Part shown: positions 42,558 to 52,801 of the stretch, one piece after another
How the letters are laid out: each line of letters opens with the position of its first letter
Position numbering within the stretch: position 1 is the first letter of the stretch
From: Chloroflexota bacterium
GTDB taxonomy: Bacteria; Chloroflexota; Dormibacteria; CF-121
Reading direction: 5' to 3'
NCBI GenBank assembly: GCA_005880615.1
Contig: VBID01000117.1
Span: 1-61,383, forward strand
Length of the DNA stretch: 61,383 nt
Notes under the pieces: generated by a model
The model's database searches: none
The model's input: only the letters and a program-made list of their open reading frames with translations
What the model was told of the DNA's origin: nothing
Position numbers and translations under genes: made by a program

Positions 42558-43792
42558 TTTCGGATCGGGCTGAGCTCTTCGTTCACGCCCATCGGCACCA
42601 GGACCAGTTCGGGCGCCGCGTCCAGCCGGTCCTCGAACACGAAAACCCGGTTGCGGCCGAAGGCCTTGGCCTGGTAGACCGCGCGATCGGCCGCCTGCAG
42701 CAGGTCGGTGGCGGTCTTCCCATCGCGCGGGAAGTGCGCTACCCCGACACTCACCGTGATCGGCAGCGACTGTCCAGCGGCCGTGTCAGAGAGGCTCTCG
42801 ACTTCGCGCCGGATGCGCTCGGCGACGACCACCGCGTCCGGCAATGTACTTTCTGGCATCAACACCGCGAACTCGTCACCGCCGAACCGGGCGGCCAGGT
42901 CGTACTCGCGCACGGCCCGTCGAATGGCCTCGGCGACCCGCCGGATCACCTGATCCCCAGCCAAATGGCCGCGGCCGTTATTGATCTCCCGCAGGTGGTC
43001 GAGGTCGGCCATCAGGACGCTCAGCGGACGGCGAAAGCGGCCCGCTCGATCGATCTCCATGGCGCAAGCCTCGTTGAAATGCTTCATGTTGGCCAGGCCG
43101 GTCTTGGGGTCCGTGCGCGCCTCTTCCTGCAAGCCAGGGATTCGCAATGACTGGTAGATCAGGAACAGCGGAGCCAGGCAGAGCGGCACCAGCCAGGGGT
43201 CCGTCCGCCACACCAGGGCCGCCAGCGCCCCCAGCGCCGCCAGGGCAAGGTCGGTGCCCAGATTCTCGCGGCTTAAGGTGCCCGCCTGCTTGATCGGGAT
43301 TCGGCGGGCCCACAGGATGACCAGCGCGGTCAGCAGATGATTGAGCAGCACGAACACCAGTCCGGCCGCGGCCGCCCGGAGAACGAGGCCCGCGCCGGGC
43401 GCGGCGGTGGCCGGCTGGCCGACGGTATACATGACGCGGGCCACCAGGCCCGCGATGGTGAAGTTGGCAATGTTGAAGGCCTGGATGTACCAGCGATAGC
43501 GGGCGTGCAGCAGTTCGACCAGGTGGGACAGCACGACCGCCGCCACCAGCTCGACCGGGCTGAGGAGGATCGCGCCCGCCACAAAGAAGATGGTGGTCAG
43601 GAAATAGGTCTGGTGCTTGGGGCTGCGCACCTTGAACTGCTGGACGCCAGTGGCCAGCCCCAGGATCAGCGCGGCCACAGCCAGGTCGGGCACCACAGGT
43701 CGGGCCTGCGACACGCTAACGACGGTCAGGAGCGCGGCAACCGAAAAGACGGCCGCTAGGTAAACGCGGGCCGGCGGTGCCAGCTCACGCAT
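42554..43792 (-). CDS. membrane diguanylate cyclase (MASE-like TM domain + GGDEF)
   Basis: About 7 TM helices; TDPKTGL, D.D....IN...GH..GD, RxxD I-site and intact GGDEF. Confidence 0.92.
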   Translation of the reverse strand: MRELAPPARVYLAAVFSVAALLTVVSVSQARPVVPDLAVAALILGLATGVQQFKVRSPKHQTYFLTTIFFVAGAILLSPVELVAAVVLSHLVELLHARYRWYIQAFNIANFTIAGLVARVMYTVGQPATAAPGAGLVLRAAAAGLVFVLLNHLLTALVILWARRIPIKQAGTLSRENLGTDLALAALGALAALVWRTDPWLVPLCLAPLFLIYQSLRIPGLQEEARTDPKTGLANMKHFNEACAMEIDRAGRFRRPLSVLMADLDHLREINNGRGHLAGDQVIRRVAEAIRRAVREYDLAARFGGDEFAVLMPESTLPDAVVVAERIRREVESLSDTAAGQSLPITVSVGVAHFPRDGKTATDLLQAADRAVYQAKAFGRNRVFVFEDRLDAAPELVLVPMGVNEELSPIRN

Positions 43793-44510
43793 CCTGCCGC
43801 CTGGCCCGGGCCAGGGCGCGCCGCCGCGGCGGGCTGCCGGCCTCGAGCAAGGACGCGAGCGCGGGGCGGACCAGGAAGAGCGGCCCCGCCGTTACCAGGA
43901 CCGCCACCGGCCCGGCCACCGCGATCAGCGCCAGGATGGGCGCCGACACCCAGATGATGATCAGGTCCACCGCCAGCAGCTCGGGCCGGAACAGGCCGGA
44001 GCGCGCCGGCGACAGTCCGCGCGCCAGCCACAACACCCCGGCAACCAGTACCCGGTTGACGATCACGAAGGTGCAGCCCGCCGTCAGCGCCGCCTCCATC
44101 TGGCCGATTACCGGGGTGCCTAGCTGATGGATGGCGACCCGATACATCACCCCCGCCAGCGCGGCGGCCAGGAAGTATCCCGTGGTGTTGAAGACCTGGA
44201 TGTACCAGCGCCGGTGGGTGCGCAGCTGCTCCGCCAGGTGAATCAACACGATGAAGATCGCCAGCTCCGGCGTGGTGAAGAGGGCCGCCGCCACGACCAC
44301 GAACGGCAGCGTGGCATGGTACGCCTCGTGGTGGCGGCCCTCCAGCGGGAACGCGTGACTGAGGGCGCCGGCGGCCACCACCAGAAGCAGGGCCAACGGC
44401 GAGCCCGACTGCTGGCCGGCACGCCAGAGGACGATGGCAGCGATCACGGCCAGGCCCGCGACGCTGACCAGGTAGAGCCGGGCAAGCGGCGAGAGGTCGC
44501 TCTTGCGCAT
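43785..44510 (-). CDS. stand-alone MASE-like membrane protein, paralog of the adjacent DGC sensor domain
   Basis: Shares L.P.AR.YL..V, RWYIQ.FN and AG..FV..N..L.A.V...AR motifs with 42554-43792; no output domain. Confidence 0.8.
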   Translation of the reverse strand: MRKSDLSPLARLYLVSVAGLAVIAAIVLWRAGQQSGSPLALLLVVAAGALSHAFPLEGRHHEAYHATLPFVVVAAALFTTPELAIFIVLIHLAEQLRTHRRWYIQVFNTTGYFLAAALAGVMYRVAIHQLGTPVIGQMEAALTAGCTFVIVNRVLVAGVLWLARGLSPARSGLFRPELLAVDLIIIWVSAPILALIAVAGPVAVLVTAGPLFLVRPALASLLEAGSPPRRRALARARRQDA

Positions 44511-44512
44511 GG

Positions 44513-46060
44513 CTAGGACCCCCAGCTCACGGCGGCCCAGTTGATGTCGCCCCAGCTCACGCTGCCCCAGGAGACGCTGTCCCAGGAGACGCTGTCCCAG
44601 GACACGGTCGTGCCCGCGATCAGCTGGTTCACGGTTATGAACAGGACCTTCAGATAGTTGTTCGGGCTCAACCCGGCGTTGACGTTGCCAATCGTGCCGT
44701 TGTAGTCGAGAGCCACTGCGGCGTCGGCGTAGCCGGCTCCGGCGCCGACCGGGATTGTGCTCAGGAGGCCAAAGCCGTGGGCGGTCGTCCTCAGGACCCC
44801 TTTAAGTTGTGCGGGCCGGATGCCCGGGTGGGCCTCGAGGTACAGGGCCGCGATGCCCGATACCTGCGGCGCTGCCATCGAGGTTCCGCTCAGCTGGACG
44901 TATTGCGTGCCCACTAGATATTGCGGGTAGGTGGTGGCAATCGTGCTCCCGGCGGCGGCCGTGGAGATGATGTGCCGCCCCGGCACAACCAGATCAGGCT
45001 TGGCGAACCCGTCCTGGGTGACCCCGTAGGAGGAGAACGACGCCAAGCTGTCGTCGGCCGGCGTCACGGTCCCGGCATCATCCGTCGCGCCGACGGTGAT
45101 GACGTAGGGGTCGTTGGCCGGCGCGTAGAGGGCGCTGTTGGGACCCAGGTTGCCAGCCGCGACCACGACCGCAATACCTTTCAGCCACGCATACTCGACG
45201 GCCGCGTCCAGGGGGCTGGTGGTGTAGCTCTCTGCGATCGAGGAGACCAGCGAGAGGTTGATCACCCGGACGTTATAGGCGTCTTTGTTGATGATGGCCC
45301 ACAGGATGGCATTCATGATGTCGGACGTGCCAGCCGCCCCAGTGCCGTCATTGACGCGCAGGTTGAGGAGCGTCACTTCGGGGGCAATCCCGATGTATTG
45401 GCCACCGCTGGCGCTGCCGTTGCCGCCGATGATGCCGGCCACGGCCGTGCCGTGGCCGTACCCATCTACCGGGCTGGTCGCGGTTGACGCGAAGTTCAGG
45501 TTCACCGCGACCCGGTTGTCAAAGTCCGGGTGGGGCGCGACCCCGCTGTCGATGACGGCCACCCCAATCCCCTTGCCGGTGAGCGGTGCCAGAGGATTGC
45601 TCCAGAGGGCGACGGCGTCATCGGTCCAGGGGTACGCGGTCGCCAGGGCGACCGGATTGAGCGCCGTGTCCATCAGCTGGACCGGCGCATCGTAGACGAT
45701 GCGGAAAACGTTCGGGTCGGCAGCGAAGTACTGGATGGCCGCCGCGGTCATGGTGGTACTGACCCCATGGACGATGGGGACCCGCTTGACCTCCCTGTTG
45801 AAGCCCTGGCGATGGAGGTCCTGGATCACGTCGGTCAAGTCGCCGCGGGCGATCAGCATGACCTTGATAGGCGTGCCCGACTGCAGCCGGAGCGCGACTT
45901 GCCGGTCGATTTTCTGGCTGCCGCCGGCAGCTGCGAGCGCCGGTGTGGCGGCCAACCCGGGGGCGGCCAGGAAAACAGTCAGGAGAAGGCCAACGAGGCC
46001 ACGGAGCGCCGGCGAGTGGTAACGGGCCGGGAACAGGCTTGTCACAGTCGGTGACGCCAC
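44513..46060 (-). CDS. secreted S8 subtilase with C-terminal Trp pentapeptide repeats
   Basis: Signal peptide and prodomain; VAVIDSG, GHGT, AAGN and GTSMAAP catalytic motifs; tail TVSWD-SVSWD-SVSWG-SVSWG-DINWA-AVSWG-S. Confidence 0.92.
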   Translation of the reverse strand: MASPTVTSLFPARYHSPALRGLVGLLLTVFLAAPGLAATPALAAAGGSQKIDRQVALRLQSGTPIKVMLIARGDLTDVIQDLHRQGFNREVKRVPIVHGVSTTMTAAAIQYFAADPNVFRIVYDAPVQLMDTALNPVALATAYPWTDDAVALWSNPLAPLTGKGIGVAVIDSGVAPHPDFDNRVAVNLNFASTATSPVDGYGHGTAVAGIIGGNGSASGGQYIGIAPEVTLLNLRVNDGTGAAGTSDIMNAILWAIINKDAYNVRVINLSLVSSIAESYTTSPLDAAVEYAWLKGIAVVVAAGNLGPNSALYAPANDPYVITVGATDDAGTVTPADDSLASFSSYGVTQDGFAKPDLVVPGRHIISTAAAGSTIATTYPQYLVGTQYVQLSGTSMAAPQVSGIAALYLEAHPGIRPAQLKGVLRTTAHGFGLLSTIPVGAGAGYADAAVALDYNGTIGNVNAGLSPNNYLKVLFITVNQLIAGTTVSWDSVSWDSVSWGSVSWGDINWAAVSWGS

Positions 46061-46104
46061 CGTAACAGCCGTGCCTTACGGAGTTTGTGACGGCGGTGAA
46101 CTTG

Positions 46105-47379
46105 TTACAAGCCGGCAGGCACTAGCAGCGGTCGCCCGGCCTGGTGGACGATCGCGCCCCCCTTGACCACCAGCTGCACCCGGCCAGGATCGCTGAACAG
46201 ACCGATCTCGGCCAGGGGGTCGCCCCGGACGGCCACCAGGTCGGCCAGCTTCCCCGCCTCGAGGGTGCCCAACCGGTCGCCCAGACCCAGCAGACGGGCG
46301 GGGGTGCGGGTGCTGGCCAGGATGGCCTGCATGGGCGTCATTCCGCGCTCGGCCATGAGCACCAGTTCCTGCCCGTTGCGGCCGTGGTCTCCCACCCCAC
46401 TGTCCGTTCCCATGGCGATCTCGACGCCGGCCTCGAGCGCCGCCCGGAAGGAGGCCGCGTGCCGCTCGACCGTGTCCCGGGCTTTCTGCACCATGGACTC
46501 CGGGATGCTGGCGGGGTCCTTGGCGGCATTGCGAATCACATCGACGGGCGCCACCAGGGTCGGAACCAAGGTGGCGCCCCGCTGCCTCATGAGCGCGATG
46601 CCCTCTTCATCCAGAAAGCAGCCGTGCTCGATCGTTCGCACTCCCGCCCGCAGGGCATTCTTGATGCCCTGGGCGGACATGGCATGTGCCATGCAGCCCT
46701 TGTCCTGCGCCTGGGCTTCATAGACCGCGGTCGCAATCTCCTCCACCGTGAGCTGCGCCGCGTCGGGCGTATCCGAGGCGGAGAGAACGCCGCCGCTGGT
46801 GCAGAGCTTGATCCAGTCGGCTCCGCTGCGGAGGACTTCGCGAACCCGCCGGCGCATGTCGTCAACCCCATCGACAACGCCGGCGGGAACGTCCAGGCCG
46901 GATCCGAAATCCAGCCCCACGCCGCACGGCATGAAGGGGTCGGCGTGACCCCCTGTCTGACCGAGAATGCTAACCGCCACCTGCAGCCGGGGTCCAGGAA
47001 ACAGCCCCCGCTCCACGGCGAGCTTCACGCCCGCGGGGGTCAGGCCGGCGTCGCGCACCGTGGTGAAGCCCGCCCGGAGCGTGGCCGCGCAGTTCGGCAC
47101 GGCGTAGAGGAGGGCCAGCGCCCTGGGGGTCATCAGGATGCGCGGGAAGTTGACCCCCGCCTGCATGCCCAGGTGCACGTGCAGATCCATCAACCCGGGC
47201 AGGACGGTCAGGTCGTCTTCTTCGATGACCTCGGCGCCCGCCGGAATGCGAATCTCGGCGCGCGGACCGACCGCGGATATGCGCTCGCCTTCCCAGATCA
47301 CCGCGGCCGCCTCGATCGGGTCTCGGCCGGAGCCGTCGATCAGCCGGTCGGCCACCAGGGCGACGGTATAGTCGGCCAT
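46105..47379 (-). CDS. metal-dependent amidohydrolase (Xaa-Pro dipeptidase-like)
   Basis: PGLMDLHVH, GFTTVRDAG, WIK, AHA, IEHG, GTD. Confidence 0.9.
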   Translation of the reverse strand: MADYTVALVADRLIDGSGRDPIEAAAVIWEGERISAVGPRAEIRIPAGAEVIEEDDLTVLPGLMDLHVHLGMQAGVNFPRILMTPRALALLYAVPNCAATLRAGFTTVRDAGLTPAGVKLAVERGLFPGPRLQVAVSILGQTGGHADPFMPCGVGLDFGSGLDVPAGVVDGVDDMRRRVREVLRSGADWIKLCTSGGVLSASDTPDAAQLTVEEIATAVYEAQAQDKGCMAHAMSAQGIKNALRAGVRTIEHGCFLDEEGIALMRQRGATLVPTLVAPVDVIRNAAKDPASIPESMVQKARDTVERHAASFRAALEAGVEIAMGTDSGVGDHGRNGQELVLMAERGMTPMQAILASTRTPARLLGLGDRLGTLEAGKLADLVAVRGDPLAEIGLFSDPGRVQLVVKGGAIVHQAGRPLLVPAGL

Positions 47380-47428
47380 CGGTGGAAGTTTAAGGCTCCG
47401 CGCGGCCTCTTCTGGTACCCTCAGCGTC

Positions 47429-49012
47429 GTGCCGGCGTGGGCCGAGATCGAGCGAAAGGTCTTCGACGGCTTTTTCCACTTCTCGCCTGGGTACGGTCGC
47501 CGGGTCGGCGATCATGCGTACGACGGCCGGGTGGGCGACGCCTCCGCGTCGACCGTCAAAAGCCGCATCGGGGAGATCGATCAGCAGCTGAGGCTGCTGG
47601 AGGGCCAGGCGGGTCTCTCCCGCGACCAGGACGTGGATCGGCGGGCGATCATGGCCCAGCTGCGCGCGCAGCGGTTTGAGCTGCACGACCTGCGCGAACC
47701 CTTCCAGAACCCGCTGTTTTACGCCGGCTGGGGTACGGAGCTGGACGTCAGCGTCTACATCAAGCGCGCCTACGCGCCTTTACCGGTCCGCCTCGCGGCG
47801 CTGCGCCTGCATCTTGAAGGGTATCCCGGCGTCCTCGAGGCAGCTCGGAGCAACCTCGAGCCGTCGTTGCCGAGGCCCAACCTCGAAATCGCGATCGAGG
47901 CCACCGAAGGGTTCAGCCAGTACCTGGCCCGCGAGGTCACCGCCGTGGCGCGCGACCACCCGCAAACCGTCGCCGCGGTCGGTCAGGCGATTCCGCAGCT
48001 CGATGCGTTTGCCGCCTGGCTGCGGTCGCGGCTGCCGCAAGCCCATGGCGACTACGCGCTGGGCGAGGCGCGCTTCACGAGCTACTTGCGCACACGCGAC
48101 CTCGTTACCCTCGATCTGCCGACCCTGGAGGCGATGGCCCGCGAGGATCTCGAGCGGAACACGGCCCGGGCGCGCGTGGTGGCGGCCCGCATCGCGGCCG
48201 ACGGCATTCCGCTGGCGCTGGACGCGATCCAGTTCCGGCATCCCAGCGTCGAGACGCTGATCCCCGAGACTGCTGCCATGCTCGAAGGCATCCGGACCTT
48301 CATCGTGGACCGGGACATCATGACCATTCCGTCCGATGTGCGGTGTACGGTAGCCCCGACGCCCAGCTTCATGTCCTGGGCCAGCGCCGCGCTCGACAGC
48401 GCCGGGCCGTTGGAGACCGTCGCGACTGAGAGCTACTACTACGTCACGGTCCCGACGCCGGACTGGGGCGCGGCCAAGACCGAGGAATGGCTGCGCTACC
48501 TCAACTACGCCGTGCTGGAGAACGTATCCATTCACGAGGCCTACCCCGGCCACTACGTGCAGGCCCTGCACGAGCGGGGCGCCTCGTCGCTGACCCGCCG
48601 CCTGTTCTGGGTGCAGAGCACAGGGGAAGGCTGGGCGCATTACTGCGAGCAGATGATGCTGGAGGCCGGCTACAAGGATGACCCCCGCCTGGAACTCGCC
48701 CAGGTGATGGATGCGCTTCTGCGCAACTGCCGTTTTCTGGTCGCCATCGGTCTCCACTGTCGCGGCATGACGATGGAGGATGCGGTGCGAACATTCATGG
48801 AGAAGGGTTTCCAGACCGAGCTGCCCGCGCGGCGGGAAGCCACCCGGGGGGCCTTCGATCCCCTGTACCTGAATTACACGCTCGGCAAGCTGCTGATCTA
48901 CGAGGTGCGCCGGAACGCAGAGCGCCAACCGGGGTTCTCCCTGAAATCCTTCCACGACCGCTTCCTCAACTGCGGCAACCTCCCCATCCCGCTCATCGCG
49001 GAGCTGGTTTAG
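47429..49012 (+). CDS. DUF885 family protein (putative zinc metallopeptidase)
   Basis: HEAYPGHYVQ, EGWAHYCE, Y.LGKL. Confidence 0.88.
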   Translation: MPAWAEIERKVFDGFFHFSPGYGRRVGDHAYDGRVGDASASTVKSRIGEIDQQLRLLEGQAGLSRDQDVDRRAIMAQLRAQRFELHDLREPFQNPLFYAGWGTELDVSVYIKRAYAPLPVRLAALRLHLEGYPGVLEAARSNLEPSLPRPNLEIAIEATEGFSQYLAREVTAVARDHPQTVAAVGQAIPQLDAFAAWLRSRLPQAHGDYALGEARFTSYLRTRDLVTLDLPTLEAMAREDLERNTARARVVAARIAADGIPLALDAIQFRHPSVETLIPETAAMLEGIRTFIVDRDIMTIPSDVRCTVAPTPSFMSWASAALDSAGPLETVATESYYYVTVPTPDWGAAKTEEWLRYLNYAVLENVSIHEAYPGHYVQALHERGASSLTRRLFWVQSTGEGWAHYCEQMMLEAGYKDDPRLELAQVMDALLRNCRFLVAIGLHCRGMTMEDAVRTFMEKGFQTELPARREATRGAFDPLYLNYTLGKLLIYEVRRNAERQPGFSLKSFHDRFLNCGNLPIPLIAELV

Positions 49013-49028
49013 CGTTCTTCCGAGCCTG

Positions 49029-50135
49029 ATGTCGTTCAACCCGGTCGACGTCTTGCTGGACCTCGACGGCGATCTCCTGACCGGCATCATCTGCGCGCTG
49101 GCCTTCATCGAAGAGATGGGCGTGCCGGTGCCCTTTGCCCCGGGCGACATCCTGCTCATCACCGGCGGCATCGCCATTGCCAGCGGCACCGTCCAGGCCA
49201 CCGCGTTTGTCCCCGCCGTGGTGCTGGCCAGCATCGCCGGCGCGCTGGTTGGCCGGGAGATTTTTGCCCTCATCGGCCGCGCGGCGTTGCTGCGGGCCGC
49301 GGACGCGTTGCGGTTTCGCCACGCGGTGGACCGGGCGGCAGGCATGGTCCAGCAGCAGGGGTGGCGGGCCATCCTGATCGGTCGGCTGATCCCCGGCCTG
49401 CGCATCCACACCACTCAGGTCGCCGGCGCGGCCCGTCTGCCGCGGCGCAGCTTCGCCGCCGGACTGGTGCCCGCGGTCCTGATCTACGTCGCCGTGTTCA
49501 CCGGGCTCGGTTTCGCCTTCGGCCTGCCGGTCATCGATTTCTTCCACCGCGCGGAGCGGCGACTGTTCGTCATCATCGTTTCCGCCCTCCTGGTGGCCGC
49601 CTTCCTCGTCTCCCTACGATTCCTCGCCCGCCGGGGTGCATTCGCCACCCTCCAACCCATCGTTATCGGCGTCCCGCGCGAGATGGCGGATACCCTCGAG
49701 CGGCGGCTCGGCCGGCACGGCGCGGCGGGCGTTCGCTGGCGAGAATTCCCGTTGGTCCGCCGGGTGGTGGCCGCGGCGATCGATGTGACCCTCATCGTCG
49801 GCGCCACCCTCTTCCTCGTCACCCTGGTGGCCAACTTCGCCGACACCGACGTGGTATTCGACCCACCGGGGTTGGCGGCCCTGGCATTCCTAACGCTGGT
49901 CTATCGGATTGGGATGGAGTGGCGGTTTGGCATGACCCTGGGCAAGGCGGTGATGGGCCTGCGCGTCTACGGGACAGCTGGGCCACAGGCTCACTGGTGG
50001 CAGATCGTGGCGCGCAACCTGTTCGCGGTGATCATCGTGCTCTGGCCCATCGACGCCGTCCTGATGTTCCGCAGCCGCATCCGTCAGCGCATCGGTGACC
50101 AGATCAGCAGGACCCTGATCCGGCGGGTCGCCTGA
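49029..50135 (+). CDS. DedA/VTT domain - RDD domain fusion membrane protein
   Basis: EEMGVPVP..PGD and GRLIPGLR (DedA); RRVVAAAID, TLGK..MGLRV and QRIGD (RDD). Confidence 0.85.
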   Translation: MSFNPVDVLLDLDGDLLTGIICALAFIEEMGVPVPFAPGDILLITGGIAIASGTVQATAFVPAVVLASIAGALVGREIFALIGRAALLRAADALRFRHAVDRAAGMVQQQGWRAILIGRLIPGLRIHTTQVAGAARLPRRSFAAGLVPAVLIYVAVFTGLGFAFGLPVIDFFHRAERRLFVIIVSALLVAAFLVSLRFLARRGAFATLQPIVIGVPREMADTLERRLGRHGAAGVRWREFPLVRRVVAAAIDVTLIVGATLFLVTLVANFADTDVVFDPPGLAALAFLTLVYRIGMEWRFGMTLGKAVMGLRVYGTAGPQAHWWQIVARNLFAVIIVLWPIDAVLMFRSRIRQRIGDQISRTLIRRVA

Positions 50136-50149
50136 CAGCCCGGGCTAGC

Positions 50150-51400
50150 CTAAGAGCGATAGCCGGCCAGCAGCTCGAGGACCAGGTCCACCTCGCTCGG
50201 CCGGTTGTAGTGGGCCAGGCCGATCCGGAGCGTGCCGCCACGGTCCTGCAAGCCCAGCCGTTCCATGAGTCCGGGCGCGTAGTGGTCGCCGTGCGTGGTG
50301 AAGACTTGGTGCTCCCCCAGCCAGCGGGCAATGTCCTCCGGGTGATGAGGCGGCCACGAGATTGACACCGTCGGCGCCCGCTCGCCGAGCTGCGCTGGGT
50401 CGGTGATCCCGAAAATCTGCACGCCCGGAATCCGGCTCAGGCCCTCGAGCAACCGCGCAACCAGGAATCGCTCGTATCGCCCGAGCCGGCCCATAGCTGC
50501 CACGAGCTGGGCACGCGGTGTGCCGTTGCCCTCGGGTGAGAGACCAGCCAGATACTCGAAGGCGCCCAGCATGCCGGCCAGGCCTTCGTGGTTCTGGGTG
50601 CCGGTCTCCCAACGGCCCGGTCCCTTATCCGACGCCGGGCGCACCTTGAATGGGCGCAGCCGCTCGAGCAAGTCCTGGCGACCATATAGGAGGCCGAGGT
50701 GCGGACCGTAGAACTTGTAGGCGGAGCAGACCAGGAAGTCGCAGTCGATCGCCTGAACGTCGATCGCCCCATGCGGCCCGAAGTGCACGGCATCGACCCA
50801 GAACCAGGCGCCGGCGGCGTGGGCCAGGTCCGCCACCTGTCGCAGCGGAGGGATAGTTCCGACCGCGTTGGAAGCGTGGGTCAGCGCCACCAGGCGGGTG
50901 CGAGGCGTCAGCTGCTGTTTCAGGCTCTCGACATCGAGCATGCAGGCGGGCAGCGTGATGTCGGCGACGCGGACTCGGATTCCCTGGTCCGCCAGCGCCA
51001 GCCAGGGTGCGACATTCGCGTCGTGCTCCAACCGGCTGACCACGATCTCGTCGCCCGGCTTGAGCTCGCGACCAATGGCCCGGCTCACGGCGAACGTGAT
51101 GGTGGTCATGTTGGGTCCGAACACAATCTCCGCTGGGCTCCGCGCGTTGAGGAACGCCGCCGCCATGATCCGGGTCTTGGCGAGCAGCGCGTCCGAGCGC
51201 TGGCTGGTGGCAAAGACGCCCCCTTGATTCGCGTTCATGGTCCGCCAGTATTCGGTGAGGCGGTCGATGACTCGCTGCGCGACCTGGGTGCCGGCCGGGT
51301 TGTCCAGGTAGACGGCGGGCTGGCCGTCGATGCGCAAGCTCAGCGCCGGGAACTGCCGCCGGACCGCCTCGACATCGAGGGCCTGGGTGGCGAGCGACAT
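50150..51400 (-). CDS. cysteine desulfurase-like PLP protein (class V aminotransferase, VC1184-like)
   Basis: YLDNPAGTQ, EHDANVAPW, VDAVH, CSAYKFYGPH, ETGT. Confidence 0.9.
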   Translation of the reverse strand: MSLATQALDVEAVRRQFPALSLRIDGQPAVYLDNPAGTQVAQRVIDRLTEYWRTMNANQGGVFATSQRSDALLAKTRIMAAAFLNARSPAEIVFGPNMTTITFAVSRAIGRELKPGDEIVVSRLEHDANVAPWLALADQGIRVRVADITLPACMLDVESLKQQLTPRTRLVALTHASNAVGTIPPLRQVADLAHAAGAWFWVDAVHFGPHGAIDVQAIDCDFLVCSAYKFYGPHLGLLYGRQDLLERLRPFKVRPASDKGPGRWETGTQNHEGLAGMLGAFEYLAGLSPEGNGTPRAQLVAAMGRLGRYERFLVARLLEGLSRIPGVQIFGITDPAQLGERAPTVSISWPPHHPEDIARWLGEHQVFTTHGDHYAPGLMERLGLQDRGGTLRIGLAHYNRPSEVDLVLELLAGYRS

Positions 51401-51410
51401 CAGGTGAATT

Positions 51411-51953
51411 CTACGTGGAGACCGATACCCGACCGACCGCGACCCGGGCCACGGTCAGAATCACCACGAAGGCGAAGGTGGCCCACACGGCGGCCGCGAT
51501 CACCGGCCGGCCCAGGTCGGTCCCCGACAGCACGGCGTGCAGGAACATCAGCCCGAACATGAGATAGCTGGTGCGATGCAGCCAGCGCCAGGTCGCGGCG
51601 CCCATCTGTTTCCGCAGGTAACTGGTGACCCCCACCATCAGCAACACATCAAACCCCAGCGTGCCCAGCCCGATGGGCAGCGGCCCGTACGGCACGCGGA
51701 GTGGGATGACCACGTCCAGCGGGGTCAACCGCGAGACCGGATCGAGCAGGCCTGCCAGCACGTGGACCACGATCAGCGGCGCCCAGCAGACGGCCAGGAA
51801 TCCGTGCACGGCCACTGCCTCTCGCCGTCCGACCCAGCCTTCCAGGACGAAGGTCCGCAGCGCCTGCCCGGTGATGAGAGCGGCGGCGATGACGAAGAAG
51901 GCGGTCAGGGCAGCGGTGCGCGAGGTCAGCCAGAGGAGCTCCGCGACGGTCAC
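51411..51953 (-). CDS. ferric reductase-like (MsrQ-like) heme membrane protein
   Basis: W..SR..A, paired His in TM helices, WRWLHR.SY, H...SGTD. Confidence 0.85.
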   Translation of the reverse strand: MTVAELLWLTSRTAALTAFFVIAAALITGQALRTFVLEGWVGRREAVAVHGFLAVCWAPLIVVHVLAGLLDPVSRLTPLDVVIPLRVPYGPLPIGLGTLGFDVLLMVGVTSYLRKQMGAATWRWLHRTSYLMFGLMFLHAVLSGTDLGRPVIAAAVWATFAFVVILTVARVAVGRVSVST

Positions 51954-52801
51954 GCCGCCGCGGCCGGCACCGCGGGCGCCACCACGGCGAAGTGGCCCGC
52001 CCGCTGGCTGAGGAAGGGCAGGCCATCGGCCGACCCCATCAGTACGGCAGTCTTCGCGTAGATTTCCGCGTGCAGCGCAGTATCGGTCACCACCGAGACT
52101 TCGGTCAGGTCGGTATACACCGGGAGTCCCGTGCGCGGGTCCAGCAGGTGATGCATGCCCTTGCCCCAGCGCCGGCGAGTGGTCCCGCTGGTGGCCACGC
52201 CCCCGGCCGTCAGCGCCACGACCGACCCATCGCAGAGGCCGATGTGCCAGCCGTCGCCGCTCGGGCCTGATCCGCGCACCCGCAGGTCACCGCCGAGATT
52301 GCAGACCGCATCCTGGCCGAGCTCGGCGATGAGCAGGTCGGCCAGGGCGCCCTTGGCGATCCCGCCCAGGTCGAGCGCCGCCCCTGGGGCGAGGGCGACG
52401 GTGCGGGTGGCCGGATCGAGCCAGAGCACCTCGGGCAGGGCCGGCGTCACCGGCGGGGTCAGGCTGGACGGCTGCGACAGACCCAGGCGGAAGGGCCGGT
52501 CGTAACCCGCGGCGCAGAGGGCCGGCAGGACAGCGATATTGACCAGTCCCCCGCTGGCCGCGTAGGCGTACAACCCGGCCTCGAGCATGCCGTAGAGGAG
52601 GGGGCTGGCTGGCATCGGACGACCCTTGGCGGCATTGAGCTGCGACAGTTCACTGTTACGCACGAAGCGGGTCAGCCGGGCGTCCGCGTCCAGCACCAAA
52701 GCCTGGCCGCGCTCCAGCGCCGCCGGGCTGGCTCCCACCGCGATCAGCTCACAGGTGGAGCCCAGCGCCGAGAAGTGACGGGCCTGGAGATTAGGAGACA
52801 T
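51950..52801 (-). CDS. apbE: FAD:protein FMN transferase
   Basis: F.ALGS, RF...SELS.LN, LDLGGIAKG, GGD, ATSG, HHLLDPRTG; true start MSPNL at 52801. Confidence 0.9.
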   Translation of the reverse strand: MSPNLQARHFSALGSTCELIAVGASPAALERGQALVLDADARLTRFVRNSELSQLNAAKGRPMPASPLLYGMLEAGLYAYAASGGLVNIAVLPALCAAGYDRPFRLGLSQPSSLTPPVTPALPEVLWLDPATRTVALAPGAALDLGGIAKGALADLLIAELGQDAVCNLGGDLRVRGSGPSGDGWHIGLCDGSVVALTAGGVATSGTTRRRWGKGMHHLLDPRTGLPVYTDLTEVSVVTDTALHAEIYAKTAVLMGSADGLPFLSQRAGHFAVVAPAVPAAAA

